This document shows, in pieces, positions 52,873-64,000 of a DNA stretch of 64,000 nucleotides; the stretch's first letter is position 1; every line of letters begins with the position of its first letter. Below the pieces are notes generated by a model. That model did no database searches. It had not been told where the DNA came from and saw only the letters and a program-made list of their open reading frames with translations. Origin of the DNA: the human T2T-CHM13v2.0 reference genome, Homo sapiens. The translations under genes and the position numbers were made by a program. The stretch lies in the NCBI RefSeq assembly GCF_009914755.1, contig NC_060925.1, one strand, 5' to 3'.

Positions 52873-54546
52873 TCCGAGGTGCACTCTTAACCATTGGACT
52901 CTGCTGCCTTCCAAGTGGACAAATGAGGATGAGAGGAACTGCATTTTGGGCAGAGGGAATAGCATATGCAAAGGCATGGTGGCACGAAAACATGGTGTGT
53001 TCTGATAAAGCAAAGGAGTCAGATTAGAGTGTCTCCCATATATGCCAGGCATATGTTCACCCTGAGTGGCCTTGGATTGGATGCAGCCTGCTGGCTTGGG
53101 AAGGAAAGCAATGCTTCACAATTCTTGTTTGTTTTTAAAGTTTCACTTGACTGTTTGATTTTATGTCTTGGTGATCAGTAATGACAGAGGTCCTTTTGTC
53201 TTTTTTTCCATGGGGAAAAATAAAGTCCTGGATTCCTTCTTTTCCCTGTTCCTAGTTTAGTTCCTTAAATATTCATGAGGTGCTTGGTAATTTGCAGATG
53301 GACAATTCACCATTCTGTCCCTATTGATCAGTCTGTTTAAACTTTAATGAATTCTGGGCTGCTGTTAGTGCCCCCGGAGAAGAAGGCAGAGAGAGGAGGG
53401 AGTGGGTAGGCAGTACCAGAGCATTATACAGGAATAAAAGAGGGATGCATCTTCTCTTTTGCCCATTTAATTTTCCTCTCCTCTCCCCTCCTTTCAGCCC
53501 CCAATCTGGTAAGAATCTTCTACTCTTTGCACTTGGGCCTTCTTTCTTCTTTTAACATACAGCCTTGCTTGCCGTTAAGGAAATTATCAAGAAGAAAATA
53601 TAATCCCCTGATGAAAAGCTACTTTAAAAAAGGTCTACTCTAAGTACAGCTGGTTTAATGGTAGATTTTTAATCATCTCCCAGTGGTGGCCAACTTATCA
53701 TCTGTTTGAGCCCTGTTAGCTGCATAAGTACCATGGACATCTGTCGATAGCAATGCTATTGCACTATAGCAAACCTAAATGAAGCCCTTGGGTCTTAGGC
53801 GATTCTCCTCAGATGGAGTATGGATATGTGGGCATGTGCCAGAAGCCACAGGATAAGCATGTTACATCTATATGGAACATCATTGCTGGTGTGAGGCTTA
53901 GGGAGGGAAGCATTTTTATGTTAGAGAGATAATAACACCATAGGAATGAGAGAGGTAGGTGACCTGTTATAGAGCACAGATTCTGCAGCCAGACTGCCTA
54001 GATTGACATCCCACTTACAACGTTTATTAGGTTGTGATCTTGGACAAGTTACCTAATGTTTCTTGCTTCAGTTTCCTTATCTGTAAAATGGAAATGACAT
54101 TAGTACCTACTTCCATAGGATTGTTGTGAGGATTAAATGAATTAATGCACATAGGATGTCATAACATTGCCTAGAAATGTGTATGGGTTGTTTCCTATGG
54201 TGGTGCTGATGGTGACAGAAAATGAGCAGATTATAGAAGATAGTGAATTTCTAAGACAAAATACTGAAAAGTCAAAGTCTACGGCGGGGGAGGCGCTTCT
54301 TGGGAATATTCATTCACTCTCCTGGTTAGGGTTCTTACTGTGTAACACTTTGAGAAACACTGGTCTAGGGCAAAGGGTGGCATCAGATATGTCCTGGTCT
54401 GTCTTTTCTTCCTCATGGACTCCAGGAAGTTGAGAGCTTCAGAGCAGTTGTTCTAATTCCTTTTCCCTAAGTCATTCACATTGCCTGAGATGACTTTCCT
54501 CTTAGTTAAAGCAACAGTAAGGATAATGTGGTGTCAATGATGATGA

Positions 54547-54947
<401 letters not shown>

Positions 54948-55443
54948 AATAACTACTTTTTAAGGTAGTTTTGATTGTTCTCTCTGTTTTGAAGATAGAA
55001 AAACAATGAGCTTTGAAGAGGTTCAGTAAGCAGCCTAAGGTCTCCTGAATAAGAAGAAGGGGACGCTGTCCCTGCCACTGCTACTGCTCTCATGCTCTGT
55101 CCCTTGTCTCTCTCCAGCCATATCTCCCTCCACATGACCCTACCTGGAACTGATAAGAAGTAGCCTGAAATTTTTAGATTTTCTACACATGGGGCATCAT
55201 GAGGTTACCCAGGATTACGAGTGCCTTTACCTGGTTGCCTGCTCATCTGGGAAGTGTGTGCCCCCTCAGCAGGGGTTATATCTAGTTTATCTGTATTTCT
55301 CTAGAATTCTTTGCTTGTAGTGTGTTCAATTAATGTTTGTTGAGTACATAAATGAATGATATATCTCTGTTGTTTACATTGTCTGGAATACTCTTCTCTT
55401 AACTTCCTCACCTGCCCAACTCCCACCTTATAAAGTAAGCTTA

Positions 55444-55870
<427 letters not shown>

Positions 55871-57169
55871 CTACTGTCCAGAGCCCACCATCTTCACCCA
55901 GATCACTTTCTACTCCTTATCTTTGCATTTTACTTGTTGGCTTGTTTACCCCCTTTTAAACTATGAGCTGAGCTCTTAGAGAGATTCATCTTTATGTCTC
56001 CAGTATCTAACACATTGCCTGGCACAAATTAGGTGCTCAATTAATGGCTGTTGAATGAATGTTACTTAGAGCTAAAAACAAAGAGACAAAATCCAATCTA
56101 GCATTCCTTATCTTGTTTCAGTGTCACTGTGGGGCAGGAAGGACAACTATTCTTCCTATTTGAAATATGAGGAAATTGAGGCTCTGGAACTAACAAGTAT
56201 TGGAGACAAGACCAGAACCCTGGTGAGATGGCTCCAAATCTTCCTCTCTGTCTTCCTCCCTACATTCCCTAAATTTGGCAGGTTTTATTGGGCTGGTAAG
56301 CCGCACACCTAAGAGGTTTTATGGAAACTCACAAGTCATAGAGGTTATATGCAGTCCACGATTTTAAAGGTTCCTTTATGGAGCCACAAATCTTAATCAT
56401 TCCAAAAAGGTGAGAACATTTCAAATTAGTGCATGATTCATACTAAACTTCTCTTAGGAAGAAGGAGAAGATAAGCTGGAGGAATCATTTAGCCAACAGG
56501 TGTTTGTTGAGTATCATTCTTTCATTTAGTCTGCAAACATTTATTGAGCACTTAACTATGTGCTATGCTCTTTGCTAAGCATTGGAGCATATAGAGGAGA
56601 CGTATACAAGAAGTCTGCTGCTTTTAAAGATGAAACAGCTTAATTGTATGAGAAAAATAAACAACACATATGAAGCCAGTAAAGTACCATTTTGTTCTGT
56701 CTTGGTGCTATCTATATGAGTAGTGGTTGTGGGGAGGGGGACAGAAGAAAGAGTAGCCACATGTCGGGTTGAGCAATAATGTTAACCTTATATTCATAGA
56801 ACCATTATAGTTTACAGTGCATCTTCATTTTCATTTGATTGCTATTGCAGGGTGAAGTAGGGAAGAAGTTGTTATTCCCATTTACATTTGAAAAACTGAG
56901 GGCCAGAGAGTTAAGTGATTTTCCTAAGGTCACCCAGGTGGTATGTGATAAGGCAGAACTCAGATGGGTCAAACCTATGCATTCTCTCTATCTCTAGCAC
57001 CATATACCTTTATATTTTGCATGGAATATTATTCCAAGAACCTAACTGATGTCTTGATATTCATTTTTCTTTTCTCTATTCTTGCATTTGAAGTGTTTTT
57101 TTTTTCCTCTAGTGCTAACTGATCATGTCACTCTTTTGCTACAGCCCTTCAACATCTATCACTCTACTA

Positions 57170-59529
<2,360 letters not shown>

Positions 59530-59872
59530 AGGCATACCTCAAACTGCGGTTTTAGTTCCAGACCACTGCCACAAAGCAAATATCTCAATAAAGCAAGTCA
59601 CATGAATTTTTTGATTCCCCAGCATACATAAATGTTTTGTTTGTGCTGTACCGTAGTCTATTAAGTGTGCAATAGCACTGTATCTAAAAAAAAGGTACCT
59701 TAATTAAAAAATACTTTATTGCTAAAAATGCTAATGAAGTGAGCACATGCTGTTGGAAAAATGGCAGCAATGGACTTGCTTACTGCAGGGTTGCCACAGA
59801 CGTTCAATTTGTAAAAAATGTAATATCTGCAAAGTGCAATAAAGTGAAGCACGATAAAATGAGGTATGCCTG
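59530..59872 (-). mobile_element. Internally deleted Tigger1 derivative (MITE) abutting the long copy
   Basis: aggcatacctc...gaggtatgcctg|TA; repeats both terminal regions of the long element in the same orientation. Confidence 0.85.
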
Positions 59873-60123
59873 TATTTGGGTAGAACTCAATCCTTAACAT
59901 GGCCTTCAGGGCCCTACATGGCCTGTCTCGACTTGCATTCCTGGCTCATCTCATGATGCTTCTCCTGGCTCTCTGCATTCCAGCCACACCTTCCTTCTGT
60001 CATGTCCTCAAACATGCAATGCTCCCTTTAGCGTAAGAATTGTTACCCAGATTCTTTCTTCTGGCTGCATATCCTTCCTACCTTCCACCAGCATATCTAA
60101 CTCCTGTTCATCCTTAGACCTAA

Positions 60124-60322
60124 GCTATCCAATCCAATAGTTGCTGAACCCACAATGCCATTTAAATTTATAGTAATTACAATTAAATATAATTAAACAT
60201 TCACTTCCTCTTTTGCTCCAGCCAAATTTCAAGTGCTCAATAGCCACATGGTGGCTATTATACTGAACAGCACAGATATAGCACATTTTCATTATTGTAG
60301 AAAGTTCCATTGGATAGTGCTG
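60124..60322 (-). mobile_element. MER3-like hAT element
   Basis: atttcaagtgctcaatagccacatggtggcta...gaaagttccattggatagtgctg. Confidence 0.75.
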
Positions 60323-60693
60323 CCCCAAACCTTAATTCAAAAGTTAGTTCTTCAAGGAAGGAGCATTTTCTCTACCAATACCACCTCCAACTAAGTCTTA
60401 TTTCACTTATTAAATGTTTTCACAGTGCCTTGTACGTCTCTTTCATAGAACTCCATGTGGTTCGTGAATCATTCATTTTTTGTTATCAAATAATAAAATC
60501 ATTCTATAAATCAAGAATAAAATACCATAAAATGAAACAAAATAATAAGATATTTCACTTTTTGGATTAATGTATGTCTTCCCTACTAGATTTTATGTTT
60601 CAGGAGGGCAGGAGCTATGTTTTGCTTACCCAGAGCCTGGGTTATATTAGACCCAGGAAGTGTAAAAAAAATGAAGGGTCAAAAGAAATTGAG

Positions 60694-61117
<424 letters not shown>

Positions 61118-64000
61118 CTAGCTGTAATAGGTGGTTTCTAATAGGAAGAAGGAAAGGGAGGCTAGAATTGACGATACAGGGGTAGGTGAGACAGCTGGCT
61201 CAGACCAATGGGGAGCTCCTCTAGAATCATCCTGAGTTTGAGATTGACCAGTCTTGCAACAGATTCAGAATGGCTGGCAGAGAAGAAACTAAATTTAAGG
61301 ATGTCAGGAGGCAGACATCCTGATGAGTTTCAGAGGCTGAGATTTTTTTTTTTTTAAACTATAAACTTTGGGAAGACTGGGACCACGTCTCTCTTGACCA
61401 GGATATGTTCTCTGTGTCTGGCACATATAGGTGCTTAATATTTTTAATAATAAATGGCTAGATTAGACTATTGGCAGAGGAATAAATAGGAGGGCTGAGA
61501 CTGAGAGGCTTTAGGAAGGCAGGCGTAACTGGACTTGGCAACAATGGAGAGGAAGGAGGTAGAGGCTATTTGAGTTTCAGTTCTTGGCAGAATGTTGGGG
61601 TCACTGATATAAATGAGAGTATTTGGCCTTTATTTCATCATCTTATCATCAAATGGCAATACCATACCTAAGCTGGGATGCTACGTAGGTAAAGGATTAG
61701 GACTGGGTTTATTTACTTCACTGGTCACTAGAGTAGCTTTTACAAAATTGACTGCCTTCAAGGGCCTTCCAGGTAATGCACGCCCCAACACAAGCTGTAT
61801 TTGTCTTCTTGCTGTTCCCCCTCCCAGGACCTCTGCGCTCGCTGTTCCCCTGCCTGGAACACTCTTCCCCCAGATTTCCATGAGGTCCACTCCTCATGTC
61901 TTTCAGGTGTATCCTCAAATTTCACTTGCATCTTGCATAGGAACCACCTCCTCCTTGCATTCCTAATCCCCCTGAGTAATCACTTGCTAGTATACTATAT
62001 CTACACTATGTAATTTATTTGATTTATTGGGTATTGTCTATCCCTACTAAAATGTAATCTCCAAAAGAGCAAGGATTAAAAAAAAAAGTTTTTCTCTCCA
62101 TTGTTTTTCCAATACCTAGAAGAGAAAATTCTGCACAGCCTGACCCTAGAAGGGGCTTGATTATTTTCGCTAAGGACTTATGGCTAAGTGAGTGATTGAA
62201 CTGTGTAACCAACAGGTAGTGATGGAGCCTGAGGGAACTGGTGATTGCATAACTCCTCGCACGCCCCCAAAGCTGACAAAGGCATTCAAATCAAGATTTA
62301 AAAGAATACAGTACCTGCCACTCAGAACTCTACTGCAAGCTGGATTATGTCTATGAAGCCCCAGGCTTTGACCCTTGCTCTAAATAGAGCTAAGGATAAA
62401 ACCAGGTATGCATCTGACCCTCCAGTTCTCAGTTTGGAGGGTTTCTAAGAAACACCATCTCCCCACCCAATATGGCAGATCTTGCTGATTTAAAACACAT
62501 GCAGAATTGAACCATTTCCCACAATAAGAAGAAAGTGATACACAATCCCTTCCCCAAATATTTGTTTGCTGCCCCATAGCTACGAGTTGACAGTTGTTAG
62601 ACATGGAACAGGTTACCAAATGAGGTTGCAGAAATCTCTTTCTCTGGAAATTCTTTAGAAGAGCAATGTGCTTTCTCTCTAGCTAGGGAAATTCTCTTGA
62701 TTCCAAGCTGTTACAATGAGATTACTGGGCTGCTTTCTTCTTCCATTAATAAGAATATAAAAAAGAATTCTTAGGTCACCAGGTCAAGCCCCAGAGGCCT
62801 TCTGGGTAGTGTGACTCTGACAGTCATCTTTCTGGGATGGTTTAGATGGTGTGGGGTGAGGGGTTGGGAATGGCGATGTTCCTCAGCTGTGGATGAGCAT
62901 GATCATAAGGCATTTCCTTGTAAGGCTGGGGAAATAGTAGTGGCTACCTAGCTAGATCAGGTTTAAATGCATGCCACAGTTACTCTTCCAGTTTCTTGTG
63001 AGAGGTCTCTGTTTGAAAGATAGAGACGCTGAGTCTTTGTGACTGAAGGCCATGATTGTAATATTGAGCACTCTGTAGGTCTGTTGAGGGGATTCATAAC
63101 ATACATTGAAGAAAATATTTTCCTTGCTCCTACTAGGTTACTCCCGCCATGATTCTTAGAAAGATTTGAGTCTATCCAATTTTTTCTATTCCTACTCTTT
63201 TTGCTTGTCATTTTTATATGTGCTTACGTGACACAGAGAGCAAGCATGCTGTGCTTTGTACATAAAAACATTCCATGAACACAATAAGGCATTGAGTGCA
63301 TTTCCTATCCTATTTTCTATAAAGGTTTACTGGTTTCAAAGTAATTTCAGACTCCACTGATCCCATTCAAAGCCTTTGATTCTTACTTGGGAGGTATCTC
63401 TCACTCAGGAAACTGAGGCTCAGAAAGTTGATGGAGTTAGTGCAGGATTACCTGACCTAGAAGTGGTGGAGTTGGCACCAGAAGGAAGTTCTTTGGACAC
63501 CACATCCTGTGTTTGTTTCTACTCCCAAACTGCCTTGTGGTATGGAGTTTGAGTCATCTATATTTTCTCACCCAAGTCCTCTTTTGACTAACTGCAGACC
63601 TGTGTGAGATGGGCTTACCCAAGTCAGACATGCACTTTCTGGGCACAGAAGCCAATTGGGCCACATAGCAAGTAGAAGTTAGGGCTGGGTGATTGATTGA
63701 TTGGTATCCCACATGGAAAGATTTGAAGCAACTAATTTGCTCTAATATAAACTGCTACTTACTGTGCACTGATGCCAGATGTTGAGCTCATCACACCTTA
63801 TTTTGCTGAATTCTCATATCATTGGGAGATGCAGGTTTAGGTAATAGTTTTGTACTGCCAAGGAAGCTGCTTATCTGACTTCACAAAGTTATATAACTCG
63901 GAAATAGTAGAACCAGATTTCAGACTCAGGTCTTCTGCCCCCAAAGTCGCTGATTTAACTACTATCCAGTGATTTCCAAGCCAAGTTGTAAGGACATTCC

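Overview
Human-type genomic DNA (primate repeats, including the human-specific AluYa5 and AluYb8 subfamilies) covering the 5' end of FGGY, the FGGY carbohydrate kinase domain gene (D-ribulokinase). Bases 1 to ~26.7 kb are repeat-rich upstream sequence. A CpG-island promoter at ~26.75-27.55 kb holds two CCAAT boxes, GC boxes, an ~8.4-copy 16-bp GC-rich tandem repeat and several alternative first-exon splice donors. A ~24.4-kb first intron follows, then the first coding exon (51908-52122, ATG at 51922, 67 codons) and the start of the next intron. Almost all other ORFs in the track are L1, Alu, LTR or Tigger remnants, or chance ORFs. The most notable element is the 16-bp promoter minisatellite, a candidate copy-number, methylation or G4 switch. 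Also notable: an in-frame alternative donor 105 nt past the coding exon, an ATG-TAA start-stop uORF, two ERV LTRs bracketing the promoter, young Alus forming a close inverted pair, two twin-primed L1 insertions and a fused Tigger1 + MITE tandem. Repeat subfamily names come from my recollection of consensus sequences, and repeat boundaries are approximate unless a TSD is quoted. Many short, degraded MIR/L2 fragments are visible but not listed individually. I cannot establish that anything here is a genuinely undescribed system.
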